Origin: an uncultured Gemmatimonadales bacterium
Lineage (GTDB): Bacteria; Gemmatimonadota; Gemmatimonadetes; Gemmatimonadales; GWC2-71-9
Assembly: GCA_963729985.1 (NCBI GenBank)
Contig: CAVSPJ010000008.1
Coordinates: 652,705 to 716,704, forward strand
Direction of reading: 5' to 3'
Length of the DNA stretch: 64,000 nucleotides
Of the stretch, positions 26,640 through 36,256 are shown piece after piece (position 1 is the first letter of the stretch; each line of letters begins with the position of its first letter). The translations under genes were made by a program, and so were the position numbers. Under the pieces are notes generated by a model that searched no databases, was not told the DNA's origin, and saw only the letters and a program-made list of their open reading frames with translations.

Positions 26640-27059
26640 GTGAAAGTCTCCAAAGGACTCGAACGGGAACGCGAGCGATTGCTCGAGCGGGACAGAGAGT
26701 GGGCCGCCCTGGCCTCGACGGGCCGGGACATCGACCGCATCCTGTCGTTCTGGACCGATGACGCTCAGGTCCTGGCCCCCGGACTACCCGCCTTCGTCGG
26801 CAAGGCGGCGCTCCGAAGCTATGTCGAGGGCGCCCTGGCCATCCCCGGCTTCCACATCAGCTGGACCACGTCGGCGGCGAGTCTCTCGCCGGACGGCAGG
26901 CTCGCATACCTGCTGAGCACCAATACCGTCACGATGGCGGGGCCGGAGGGGCAGCCGGTGTCGACGCGGGGCCGTGCCGTCACGGTCTGGCGCCGGGAGG
27001 CGGACGGGATCTGGAAGTGCGCCGTGGACATCTGGAACGATGAGCCGGCTGGCCGCTGA
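26640..27059 (+). CDS. SnoaL-like/DUF4440 domain protein
   Basis: ...ILSFWTDDAQVLAPGLPAFVGKAALRSY...VTVWRREADGIWKCAVDIWN. GTG start. Confidence 0.6.
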   Translation: MKVSKGLERERERLLERDREWAALASTGRDIDRILSFWTDDAQVLAPGLPAFVGKAALRSYVEGALAIPGFHISWTTSAASLSPDGRLAYLLSTNTVTMAGPEGQPVSTRGRAVTVWRREADGIWKCAVDIWNDEPAGR

Positions 27060-27588
27060 AGTGTCTGCGCCAGCCCGGCGTCCGGTCATAGGGGTGATGG
27101 GCGCGAGTGAGCCCAAGACGTCCACGCTCCACCTGGCCCGCGAGCTCGGCCGACGCGCGGCCGAGGCGGGGTGGGTCGTGCTCACTGGCGGGCTCCCGGC
27201 GGGGGTCATGGAGGCGGCGTGCGCCGGGGCCAAGTCGGTGCCCGGCAGCCTGACGATCGGAATCCAGCCCACAGGTCCCGACGGACCTGTCGGCGCGCAT
27301 GTCGATATCGCCGTCTTTACCGGGGTGGGCGAGGCGCGAAACGCCATCAACGTGCTCACCAGCGATGTCGTCGTCGCGTGCGGGGTGGAGGGACCGGGAA
27401 CGGCGTCGGAGGTGGCGTTGGCCCTCAGGCTGGCACGGCCGACCGTCCTGTTGGCCGCGGCGCCGGACGCGGCGGTGTTCTTTCGCACGATCGCCGGCCG
27501 GGGCATGCTCCACGAGCTCCAGACCCCCGAAGCGGTGATCGAGTTCATCGAGCGGCAGCTGGGAATTCCTCGCTGGCGTGCGGTCTAG
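27040..27588 (+). CDS. TIGR00725/LOG-like Rossmann-fold protein
   Basis: ...VIGVMGAS...WVVLTGGLPAGVMEAACAGAKSVPGSLTIGIQP... Confidence 0.6.
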   Translation: MSRLAAEVSAPARRPVIGVMGASEPKTSTLHLARELGRRAAEAGWVVLTGGLPAGVMEAACAGAKSVPGSLTIGIQPTGPDGPVGAHVDIAVFTGVGEARNAINVLTSDVVVACGVEGPGTASEVALALRLARPTVLLAAAPDAAVFFRTIAGRGMLHELQTPEAVIEFIERQLGIPRWRAV

Positions 27589-27663
27589 CCCATGGGGCTC
27601 CGCTTGACACTTTATCGGCTCCGCTGCGGTAGGGATTAGACCCACAGCCAACCGGCCGCTGCC

Positions 27664-28209
27664 ATGTTCTTGTGCGCGCTCGCGCCACCACTCGTTCGGT
27701 CGCACCGCCCGAAGACCGGAGGCGCCAAGGGTCTCAGGCCCCGTTGCCTCCTCCTGCTGCTCCTCAGCCTCGGGGCGTGTGACCCCCCGCCGGATCCCGA
27801 GGCCGATCGGGCGGCCCTCCTCCAACTCCATGGGCTGGCGCAGACCGCCCACTTGGACAAGCGCGCCGACCTCCTGGTCGCATCGTTCGCGGATAGCTTC
27901 CTGAATATCTCCCGGGGTGCCGTCATGTCGGGTACTCCGGAGGAGTACCGAGTGAGGTTTCAGGCTTACTTCGACCGGTCCACCTTCGTGGAATGGGCCG
28001 ACCTGGAGCCGCCGCTCATTCGCATCTCGCCGGACGGGCACATGGCCTATGTCGTCGTCCGGAAACGAGTGCGACTGAGCGCGGTGGACAGTGCCGGCGC
28101 ATCGCGACAGGAGCACACCGTATTCGCATGGCTCGAGGTCTACGAAAAGCGAGGCGGAAGGTGGACGCTGATGGCGCTGGCGTCGACCGATCGGCCCGGT
28201 GCGGCCTGA
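27664..28209 (+). CDS. SnoaL-like lipoprotein
   Basis: Lipobox LLSLGAC, then ...HTVFAWLEVYEKRGGRWTLMALAST. Confidence 0.5.
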   Translation: MFLCALAPPLVRSHRPKTGGAKGLRPRCLLLLLLSLGACDPPPDPEADRAALLQLHGLAQTAHLDKRADLLVASFADSFLNISRGAVMSGTPEEYRVRFQAYFDRSTFVEWADLEPPLIRISPDGHMAYVVVRKRVRLSAVDSAGASRQEHTVFAWLEVYEKRGGRWTLMALASTDRPGAA

Positions 28210-28786
28210 TCACCCTTCGGCGCCGTCAGGCGAAGGCGGCCCCTGCCCGGTGCGAGCCAACCCATCCATAATCACGTTTCGGCCCCTGACACCGGTGGAC
28301 CTGCCACTGCTGCATCGATGGCTCGCCCGGCCGCACGTCGCCCGGTGGTGGACTCCCACGCCGACCCTGGTCGAGGTGGAGGAAGAGTACGGACCGCTGG
28401 CGAACCACAGGTCGACGACTCGGCCCTATATCGTGCTTGGCGATGGCGCGCCCATCGGCTTCATCCAGTCCTACGCCGCGCTGGGCTCGGGCGACGGATG
28501 GTGGCCCGAGGAGCACGACCCGGGTGTACGGGGCATCGACCAGTTCCTGGCCGATCCCGCGCAGCTGGGCCAGGGAGTCGGCACTCGGATGGTTCGCGCG
28601 TTCGTGGAGCGGCTGTTTGCCGATGCCGCGGTGACTCGAGTGCAGACCGACCCGTCACCGGAGAACCGGCGCGCCATCAGATGCTACGAGAAGTCCGGGT
28701 TTCGGGCCGTGGCAGAGGTGGACACGCCCGACGGCCGCGCATTGCTGATGGTGTGCGACCGGGAGCTTGGGCGTGTAAAGCCGTAG
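28199..28786 (+). CDS. aac(6'): aminoglycoside 6'-N-acetyltransferase, AAC(6')-Ib-like GNAT
   Basis: IGFIQSYAALGSGDGWWPEEHDPGVRGIDQFLADPAQLGQGVGTRMVRAFVERLFADAAVTRVQTDPSPENRRAIRCYEKSGF closely parallels the AAC(6')-Ib sequence as I remember it. Start is GTG 28199 or GTG 28250. Confidence 0.75.
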   Translation: MRPDHPSAPSGEGGPCPVRANPSIITFRPLTPVDLPLLHRWLARPHVARWWTPTPTLVEVEEEYGPLANHRSTTRPYIVLGDGAPIGFIQSYAALGSGDGWWPEEHDPGVRGIDQFLADPAQLGQGVGTRMVRAFVERLFADAAVTRVQTDPSPENRRAIRCYEKSGFRAVAEVDTPDGRALLMVCDRELGRVKP

Positions 28787-29157
28787 GCGCGAAGGCCGGA
28801 GTGGGCGGGAGCCCCCCTCCCGCGGAGGATGTGCCCGGCTTTCTGCGCCAACGCGCTTCCCATCGCGCAGGGACCTCTGACGGGTGGGGGGCGACTACGG
28901 CGAGAGTCTTAACCCTGCTTCATTGCGATCCAGATCACAGCCGACCCCTCGAAAGTCCCCGATATTCGCCTGGCCCTTTTTCCAGGCCCAGCCGGGGACC
29001 TATGCTGGTCCCGTCAGCGCCGGGGCATCGTGGCACACCTTCCTCCGTGAGGACGCTTACGACAACCGCTCCTTCAACCTCTCGGGCACGCGACCAGGGC
29101 CCCGAAGATCCCCAGTCGCTCGGATTGGTGGAACACACCCTCGTGGGTGGGGGCGAG

Positions 29158-32100
29158 ATGGGGGCGCTCATGCGGGCGCTGGATTGGTCCCGCACGCCGG
29201 TGGGGCCGGTGGAACATTGGCCCCAGAGCCTCCGAACCGCCCTCAGCATTCTGCTGGACTCGGGCTACCCGATGTACATCGCCTGGGGAAGCGAGTTCAC
29301 CCAGTTCTACAACGATGGGTACCGTCCCATTCTCGGCGCCACCAAGCACCCCGCGGCCCTGGGCCAAGGTACCGCCGAGTGCTTCGCCGAGATCTGGGAC
29401 TTCATCGGGCCGATGTTCCAGCGGGTGTTGCGCGACGGCGAGGCCACGTACCTCCAGGATCAACTCCTGCCTCTGGACCGGAACGGCTACGTCGAAGAGT
29501 GTTACTTCACCTGTTGCTACAGCGCGATCAGGGAGGAGTCGGGGCGGCCCGGCGGGGTGTTCGTCACCGTGATCGAGACCACCGAGCGGGTGCTGAGCGA
29601 GCGCCGCTTGCGCATCTTGCGCGAGTTGGCCCTGGCGGCGGGGCGCGCCCAGCAGGACGCCGCGGCGTGCCGGGCGGCGGGCGAGGTGCTGGATGGCAAC
29701 CCGCAGGACCTGCCGTTCGCGGCGATTTACCTGCTCGACGACCGCCGCACCGTGGCCCGGCGGGCCGGGACCAGCGGCCTCCGGGAGGGTGACCCGGCGT
29801 GGGAGGCGCTTCCCCCCCAGGTGTCGCTCGCCCCGGGGGCCGACGCTTGGCCGCTCAGCGCCGCGGTGCTGAGCGCGACGTCCACCCGGATGCGGGCCAT
29901 CGATATGGGCATCCGGGAGCTTCCGGGCGCCTCGGTCTGGGGGGTCGCCCCGGAGGAGCTCGTGGTCACCCCGCTCGTTCTTCCGGGGCAAGCTGCATCC
30001 GCCGGCGTCCTGGTCACGGGCATCAATCCACGCAAACACCTCGATGAGCAGTACGAATCGTTCCTGGGCCTGGTCGCGGGTCAGGTGGCCGCCGCGGTGG
30101 CCGAGGCGCGGGCGTTCGAGGAGGAGCGCCGCCAGGCCGAGGCGCTGGCCGCTCTCGACCGGGCCAAGACCGCCTTCTTCAGCAACGTAAGCCACGAATT
30201 CCGGACGCCGGTAACCCTGTTGCTCGGCCCCCTGGAGGACGCGCTGGAGGAGACCTCGGCGCCGCTGATCGGGCCGCAACGGGAGCGGATCGAGGTGGCC
30301 CATCGCAACAGCCTGCGGCTGCTCAAGCTGGTCAACACGCTGCTCGACTTCTCCCGGATCGAGGCCGGCCGGGTGCAGGCCTTCTACGAGCCCACCGATC
30401 TCGCCGGGTTCACCGCCGATCTGGCGAGCGTTTTTCGATCCGCGATCGAGCGGGCTGGACTCCGTCTGGTGGTGGACAGCGTGCCAGCTGGTGATCCGGT
30501 CTACGTGGACCGCGACATGTGGGAGAAGATCGTCCTCAACCTGCTGAGCAACGCCCTTAAGTTCACGCTCCAGGGCGAGATCACGGTCGGTCTGCATCAG
30601 GTGGACGACAGGGTCCGCCTTACGGTGACGGACACCGGCATCGGCATCCCCGCCGAGGAGCTGCCCCGCGTCTTCGAGCGGTTCCACCGAGTGCGCAGCA
30701 CCCAGGGGCGGACCCACGAGGGAACGGGGATCGGACTGGCACTGGCTCAGGAGCTGGCCCGCCTGCACGGGGGACGGATCGAGGTGGCCAGCGAGCCTGG
30801 CGCAGGCACCCGGTTCACCGTCACGATCCCCACCGGGACCGCCCACCTTCCTCGCGACCAGATCGGCAGCCCCGGCACCCTGGCCTCGACGGCCCTGGGC
30901 GCCGCTCCCTTCATCGAGGAGGCGATGCGTTGGCTGCCCGGCGACACCGAGCGGTCCCTGTCGGCCGGCCGGCCGGCCGACGACGAGCTCGCGGAAGGGA
31001 AGGCCGTGGGGACCCCTCGAAGCCAGCGGGCTGATCCGGCCACCAGGATCCTGGTGGCGGACGACAACGCGGACATGCGGGATTACGTCACCCGGCTGCT
31101 CAGTGCGCGGTGGACCGTGCTCGCCGTCGCCGATGGGCGCCAGGCACTGCGCGAAGCGCAGGCGCGGCCGCCCGATCTGGTCATCAGCGATATCATGATG
31201 CCGGGGCTGGACGGTTTCGAGCTGCTGGCCAAGCTTCGGGCCGACCCTCGCACTCGCACCGTGCCGACCATCCTGCTCTCCGCGCGGGCCGGCGAGGAGT
31301 CGCGCATCGAGGGACTGGAGGCCGGTGCGGACGATTATCTGGTGAAGCCGTTCTCTGCCCGCGAGCTCACCGCGCGGGTGGAGGGCACCCTGGCCCTGGC
31401 CCGCAGCCGGCGGGATGCGGAGTCGGCGCTGAGGGAGAACGAGGAGCGGTTCCGGCTGGCGCTTCGTGCGGCGCAGGGCGTGGTCATTGATTGGAACGTG
31501 GTGAATGGCGATGTGCTCTGGAGCGACGGCCTCCGGCTTTTTTTCGGGTTCGATCCGGCGGAGGCGGGAACCGACATCGGCCAGGCCATGGGCTGGTGGG
31601 AAGCGCAGCTCCATCCCGACGACCGGGAGCGCGTTCGCGACTCGTTCGACGCCTTCCTCGATAGCCGGGACGAGGGATGGATGATCGAGTACCGATTCCG
31701 CCGCGCCGACGGCCGCTGGGCAACAGTGCGCAATCACGCCTCCGTCGCCCGGGACGCCGACGGCCGGCCCCTCCGGGTGATCGGCTCCCTGCTCGACATC
31801 ACCGAGCTCAAGGGCGTGGAAGAGCGGCTCCGGCAGTCGGCCAAGATGGAGGCGGTCGGCCGCTTGGCTGGCGGGATGGCGCACGACTTCAACAACCAGC
31901 TCCACGCCCTTACCGGTTTCGCGAATTTCGTCGCCCGGGACAGTGGGCTGTCGGGCAGCGCGCGAAAGGATCTGGTGGAGATTCAGAAGGCGGCCGACCG
32001 GATGGCGAGCCTCACCCGCCAGCTGCTGGCGTTCAGCCGCCAGCAGATCCTGGCTCCCGAAACACTCGACCTCAATCAGGCCCTCGCCGACACGCAGTCA

Positions 32101-33027
32101 CTCCTCCAGCGGCTGATCGGGACCAACATCGAGGTGTACCTCGAGCTGGCGCCCGGGCCGATCTGGGTCCGCGTGGACCGGGCCCAGCTCACGCAGGTGT
32201 TCCTCAACCTGTCCGTGAATGCACGCGACGCCATGCCGCAAGGCGGGCGCTTCTCGCTGCGGACCGGTGTCCGCCGGATCGACGCCGGAAGCTCCGACGC
32301 GCCACCGGGAATGTCCGCCGAGCCGGCGACCTATGCTCAGCTCACCGTGACCGACTCCGGGACAGGGATTCCCGCCGAGCATCTGCCACGGATCTTCGAG
32401 CCCTTCTTCACCACCAAGGAGGTGGGGGAAGGGACCGGCCTGGGCTTGGCCACGGTGCACGGCATCGTCGCCCAGAGCGGGGGTCACATCTGGGTGGAGA
32501 GCGAGCCGGGACGCGGCACCACGTTCACCCTGCTGCTGCCCCTGGCGCCGGTGCCGCGGCCGTCTCCCCCGCAGACCGGGCCGACGACTCACCCGAGCCG
32601 CGGGCCCCGGGCGCGGGTGCTGGTCGTGGAGGATGAGGAAGCGGTCCGGGCCACCGTGGTGCGGGGGCTCGCCGAAGAGCACTACGACGTGCTCCAAGCT
32701 GGTAACGGGCGCGAGGCGCTGGAGTGCCTGGAACAGGAAGGTGGCCGGGTGGACCTGGTGGTGAGCGACGTGGTCATGCCGGCACTGGGAGGCGCCAAAC
32801 TCGCCGAACGGCTGGCGGAGCAGTACCCGGCGCTGCCGGTGATCTGGATGTCCGGCTATCCCCGGGAAGCGGCGTTCGCGGGGCACGAGCCGGGAGAGGC
32901 GAATTTCTTCTTGCAGAAGCCGGTGCATCTCGACCACCTGGCCGACACGGTAGCCCGGGCGCTGCAACGGTCCGGCCCACATTCCGCCGAGACCAGCGGA
33001 GGGCCATCCACGGCCCGCCAGGGCTGA
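29158..33027 (+). CDS. double hybrid sensor histidine kinase (sensor/GAF-like - HisKA/HATPase - REC - PAS - HisKA/HATPase - REC)
   Basis: MGALMRALDWSRTPVGPVEHWPQSL...; H-box 1 SHEFRTPV; REC1 ILVADDNADMRDY...DIMMPGLDG; H-box 2 MAHDFNNQL; REC2 VLVVEDEEAVR...DVVMPALGG. The first 280 codons of the track ORF overlap aac(6') and look non-coding. Confidence 0.85.
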   Translation: MGALMRALDWSRTPVGPVEHWPQSLRTALSILLDSGYPMYIAWGSEFTQFYNDGYRPILGATKHPAALGQGTAECFAEIWDFIGPMFQRVLRDGEATYLQDQLLPLDRNGYVEECYFTCCYSAIREESGRPGGVFVTVIETTERVLSERRLRILRELALAAGRAQQDAAACRAAGEVLDGNPQDLPFAAIYLLDDRRTVARRAGTSGLREGDPAWEALPPQVSLAPGADAWPLSAAVLSATSTRMRAIDMGIRELPGASVWGVAPEELVVTPLVLPGQAASAGVLVTGINPRKHLDEQYESFLGLVAGQVAAAVAEARAFEEERRQAEALAALDRAKTAFFSNVSHEFRTPVTLLLGPLEDALEETSAPLIGPQRERIEVAHRNSLRLLKLVNTLLDFSRIEAGRVQAFYEPTDLAGFTADLASVFRSAIERAGLRLVVDSVPAGDPVYVDRDMWEKIVLNLLSNALKFTLQGEITVGLHQVDDRVRLTVTDTGIGIPAEELPRVFERFHRVRSTQGRTHEGTGIGLALAQELARLHGGRIEVASEPGAGTRFTVTIPTGTAHLPRDQIGSPGTLASTALGAAPFIEEAMRWLPGDTERSLSAGRPADDELAEGKAVGTPRSQRADPATRILVADDNADMRDYVTRLLSARWTVLAVADGRQALREAQARPPDLVISDIMMPGLDGFELLAKLRADPRTRTVPTILLSARAGEESRIEGLEAGADDYLVKPFSARELTARVEGTLALARSRRDAESALRENEERFRLALRAAQGVVIDWNVVNGDVLWSDGLRLFFGFDPAEAGTDIGQAMGWWEAQLHPDDRERVRDSFDAFLDSRDEGWMIEYRFRRADGRWATVRNHASVARDADGRPLRVIGSLLDITELKGVEERLRQSAKMEAVGRLAGGMAHDFNNQLHALTGFANFVARDSGLSGSARKDLVEIQKAADRMASLTRQLLAFSRQQILAPETLDLNQALADTQSLLQRLIGTNIEVYLELAPGPIWVRVDRAQLTQVFLNLSVNARDAMPQGGRFSLRTGVRRIDAGSSDAPPGMSAEPATYAQLTVTDSGTGIPAEHLPRIFEPFFTTKEVGEGTGLGLATVHGIVAQSGGHIWVESEPGRGTTFTLLLPLAPVPRPSPPQTGPTTHPSRGPRARVLVVEDEEAVRATVVRGLAEEHYDVLQAGNGREALECLEQEGGRVDLVVSDVVMPALGGAKLAERLAEQYPALPVIWMSGYPREAAFAGHEPGEANFFLQKPVHLDHLADTVARALQRSGPHSAETSGGPSTARQG

Positions 33028-33040
33028 GCGCGCACCACCC

Positions 33041-33492
33041 TCATCGCGCAAGCATCCTGCCCGGCAGTTGTGGTCCCTCCCGAACCGAGGTATCACGGCG
33101 CCGGCCGAAAAACCTGCGTCGCACGCCGGCCTCCACGTAGTGCCCCCCATCATCAGACACTTCGATGAGTTGCCGAACCTCGCCACCCGGCAGGGGCGAC
33201 AGTGTCGTGTGATCGAGTACCAGATGGCCCTCGGGCTGACGCAACTCACCGCTGGAAGCGGACGCTCGCGCCGGGCAGCACAGCCCCGCAGCACTTTCGA
33301 GATGCGATTGGTGCCGACTTGGGCGTCTCCGACGTACACGCGCCAGTCGCCCACCCGGAAATCGAGGGCGGCGTAGGTCGAGTCGCCGGAGCATGCGCCG
33401 ACAGCCTGCGCGCCGGCCGGGCTGGTCAGGCCGGTGAGGAGCAACAGGGCAAGGGCCGCGGGTCGGCTGGCGGGGCCGCGAGTCGGTGGCAT
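33041..33492 (-). pseudogene. SnoaL-like secreted protein with an apparent frameshift
   Basis: MPPTRGPASRPAALALLLLTG...DFRVGDWRVYVGDAQVGTNRISKVLRGCA (one frame) and ...GHLVLDHTTLSPLPGGEVRQLIEVSDDGGHYVEAGV... (another frame) join near 33250. Confidence 0.4.
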
Positions 33493-33606
33493 ACTTCCGT
33501 TTAGGCGTACGCCGGCGAGCCGGTTTCGGACGCCCAACAGGGCGAGTCTTGACGAAGGGCTCCTCCGCTCCTCCACTAGTACCGTGACTCAACCGGAGAT
33601 TGTTCA

Positions 33607-34032
33607 GTGTGCTGGGTTCTCTACCTTGCAGCGGATCGGCCACTTCCATTGCGGCCCTTTGACCCGGCGGCTCCCGGCTTCAATGTCTCGGTTCCCGAGG
33701 GGCGCGAGGCCGCCGTGCGAGCTCAATTCAGCAAGCCGTACGTGTATGCGCTCGGTGCCCATACCAGCTGTGGATGCGGGTTCGATCGAGGTCAAGCCAC
33801 GCCGGACCGCCCGGAGGAGCTCGAGGCGGTCGAGTCCTCCCTCCTCGCCCTCCGGAGTTACCTCGGCGAAGCGCTCGCCAAAGCCGGCGCCGTGGAGCTC
33901 TTCGCGTGCTGGGACGGGGATCAGGCCGCTGGCGCGGAACATCGTTGGCGGCGCTCCCTGGAGGACTTCGACTCGGGGATGGTCTGGTTCCCGGATCGCA
34001 CTTTCGTGACGGTCACGCCGGGAGCGGTCTGA
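33607..34032 (+). CDS. hypothetical protein
   Basis: 141-aa ORF with GTG start, containing ...YALGAHTSCGCGFD... No family name recalled. Confidence 0.45.
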   Translation: MCWVLYLAADRPLPLRPFDPAAPGFNVSVPEGREAAVRAQFSKPYVYALGAHTSCGCGFDRGQATPDRPEELEAVESSLLALRSYLGEALAKAGAVELFACWDGDQAAGAEHRWRRSLEDFDSGMVWFPDRTFVTVTPGAV

Positions 34033-34479
34033 CCCCGCACAGGCGTGGCCCGACCGAGAAAAAGCATCAGGCGTTTCTACCGTCCCGGGCTCGGTGTGCT
34101 GATGGGATTGGCTGCCTGCGGGGGCGATCCCGGGCTCGACACCGGACTCGAAGGGACCGCCCGCAGAGGTCGCCCCCCGTGGGCGCCTTGGCGCTCGTGC
34201 TTGCCGGCGCCCGCTCTAAGGTTTTCTCGGAGCCGGGCTCGCAGTGGCCGAGTTGATACCCCCCGGCGCTCGCGCTGATTGACCTGGTGGGTGCGCTGGC
34301 CGGCACTGTCCTCCGCGGCGGTCGGGCGCGAGGGTAGGCCCCGGCACGACGAGCCACCCAGATCCACTTTCCAGATCCGGAAGGGAGGTTCGTTCCATGA
34401 GTTTCCCAAGCATGGGTGCGGCCGACCTCGGCGCCGAAGCCCTCAGAAAATTCGGGAGCGGCTTTCACGGAGGTGTCGA

Positions 34480-35010
34480 ATGGAGCTGACGCCCAACCAT
34501 ATCCATTTCTTCGCCAGCTACGCGGTGGCATTCATCGCGTTCGGGCTCATCGGTCGCTGGTATGTGTGGCCCGCCGTCAGGGACCGTGCACCGCAGGCAG
34601 CCCTCTCGCCCTTGCTGCTCTACGCGTGCCTGCGTGTCAACGGCTTGATGTTCCTCATGCCCGGGCTGGTGGCGGAGGATCTACCCAAGGGGTTCGCCGT
34701 TCCGACGGCCTATGGCGACCTCACCGCGGTGCTGCTGGCGCTGCTGGCGCTGTGGGCACTGAGATCGGACAAGCCGTTTGCGGTGCCGCTGCTCTGGCTG
34801 TTCAACAGCGTCGGGTTGCTGGATCTGGTGTACGCCAACGTGGCTACCTTCACACAGGACGTTGACCCCGGCCAATTGGGTGCGTCCTATTATCTGGCGG
34901 TGCTGAACGTTCCCGCGATGGTTGTCGTTCATATCGTCATCTTCGCGTATCTGCGCCAGGATCGTGCGGCGGTCACCGGTGGCGAATCATCCAGTCGCGC
35001 CACCGGGTGA
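34480..35010 (+). CDS. hypothetical integral membrane protein
   Basis: ATG 34480 after GGAGG. 5 TM segments. Confidence 0.55.
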   Translation: MELTPNHIHFFASYAVAFIAFGLIGRWYVWPAVRDRAPQAALSPLLLYACLRVNGLMFLMPGLVAEDLPKGFAVPTAYGDLTAVLLALLALWALRSDKPFAVPLLWLFNSVGLLDLVYANVATFTQDVDPGQLGASYYLAVLNVPAMVVVHIVIFAYLRQDRAAVTGGESSSRATG

Positions 35011-35056
35011 GCCGGGCGCACAAGGCTCCAGCGCGGGCAGGCAGACAGGAGGTAGC

Positions 35057-35425
35057 ATGCGCCGGACCAATCTCAGCTTAATCTACGTGGCCACCTACCT
35101 TCTGGCGGCCGGCATCCCGCTGATCCTTGCGCCCCGCGTCGCGCTGCAGCTCCTCTTTTCCAACGGGGCCTATGGTGACATCCTGCCCCGGCTGGTAGGG
35201 GTTCTGCTCGTCGGCCTGGGGATCCTGGTCGTCCAGATCATACGCTACCGGATAACGTCGCTCTACCGGACTACCCTCGCCGTGCGGGCGGTGTTCTGCC
35301 TGGGCTTCGTGCTGCTCTACGTGATGAGTGGTGATCCTCTGTTTCTCGTATTGCTTGCCGTAGTCGGAGTCGGCATGTTGGGAACGAGTATCTCCTACGC
35401 GCTCGACAGACGGCAGGGCAAATGA
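35057..35425 (+). CDS. hypothetical integral membrane protein
   Basis: ATG 35057 after AGGAGG. 4 TM segments. Confidence 0.55.
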   Translation: MRRTNLSLIYVATYLLAAGIPLILAPRVALQLLFSNGAYGDILPRLVGVLLVGLGILVVQIIRYRITSLYRTTLAVRAVFCLGFVLLYVMSGDPLFLVLLAVVGVGMLGTSISYALDRRQGK

Positions 35426-35498
35426 CGGTGCCTGTGCCGCCTGATGGTCGGCGATGCAGCGTCTGATCGGAACGAGGGCCGTCACCTACCCCGAAAGG

Positions 35499-35708
35499 AT
35501 GGAGACCATGAGGCCCTATCTGCAGGCCTCGGGCACCTTGTTCGTGCTGATCGCAGTGGTGCACCTGGTGCGACTCATGTACCGGGCGCCGGCCGAAGTG
35601 GCGCAATGGGCGGTGCCGCTCTGGGTCTCGGTGATCGGCTTCGTCCTGCCGGGAGTCCTGGCCGTATGGGCGTTTCGCCTCCTGCGCCGAGTGAGGCCGC
35701 GGATCTGA
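35499..35708 (+). CDS. hypothetical small membrane protein
   Basis: METMRPYLQASGTLFVLIAVVHLV... with 2 TM segments. Confidence 0.45.
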   Translation: METMRPYLQASGTLFVLIAVVHLVRLMYRAPAEVAQWAVPLWVSVIGFVLPGVLAVWAFRLLRRVRPRI

Positions 35709-35967
35709 CGGACAAACCGTATCCCCGACGCTGAGCTCCGGGAGTGAGCCATCCAACTGGCCAAGCGGACCGCCGTGAACCCCGAGGCACACCTCGAGTG
35801 TTTGCGGCGAGTACATCCCCGACTCGATCCGATCCGGAGCGACCCGCGTTACCGCCCGCTAGTCCGGCGGGTCGGCCTGGAGAGCGCCGCCGGGTAGTGG
35901 CCCGTGAGCCGGCCGTCGCCTGAGTGATGGGAGGGCCGCCGCAACCATCCGCCGAGGAAACCCCGCT

Positions 35968-36222
35968 TTGGCCACCACACGGCTCGAGCCGCACACGGAT
36001 GACGAGATCCTGGCCACTTATGCGGTCATGCGACAACTGCTGCCGCAGATCCGTTCTCGCGGCTTCGGCCGGCAGCTCCTCGAGTGGCTGAAGGACGCGG
36101 TTCGGGCCCGACGTTGCGCGGAGGTGCACCTGGACGCACGGGTGCATGGGGAGGCCGCGCACCGCTTCGACGAGCGGGAAGGATTCGCGAAGATGGCCTA
36201 CCACTTCGCTGCGGTTCTCTAA
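35968..36222 (+). pseudogene. GNAT acetyltransferase with an apparent internal deletion
   Basis: The N-terminal motif ...ILATYAVMRQLLPQI runs directly into motif A ...RSRGFGRQLLEWLKDAV...AHRFDEREGF. It is only 84 aa, against about 150 for the family. Confidence 0.45.
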
Positions 36223-36256
36223 ACCGGACGACTCGGTACACCTACTTCTGCGGGGG

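Noticed and set aside
28318-29157. N-terminal 280 codons of the 1569-aa histidine-kinase ORF
   Set aside because: This part overlaps the aac(6')-like gene in another frame, and its translation is Arg/Gly/Pro-rich with no domain signature. Family-typical sequence starts at MGALMRALDWSRTPVGP (29158).
29074-31905. 943-aa ORF on the - strand
   Set aside because: It is antisense shadow of the histidine kinase, typical for high-GC DNA. It has no motifs and extreme Arg/Gly/Pro content. The same reasoning applies to 39059-40528(-), 59819-61276(-), 61461-62780(-), 37148-38191(-), 49193-50683(-), 26980-28116(-), 32098-33040(-) and 14301-15155(-)/14456-15310(+).
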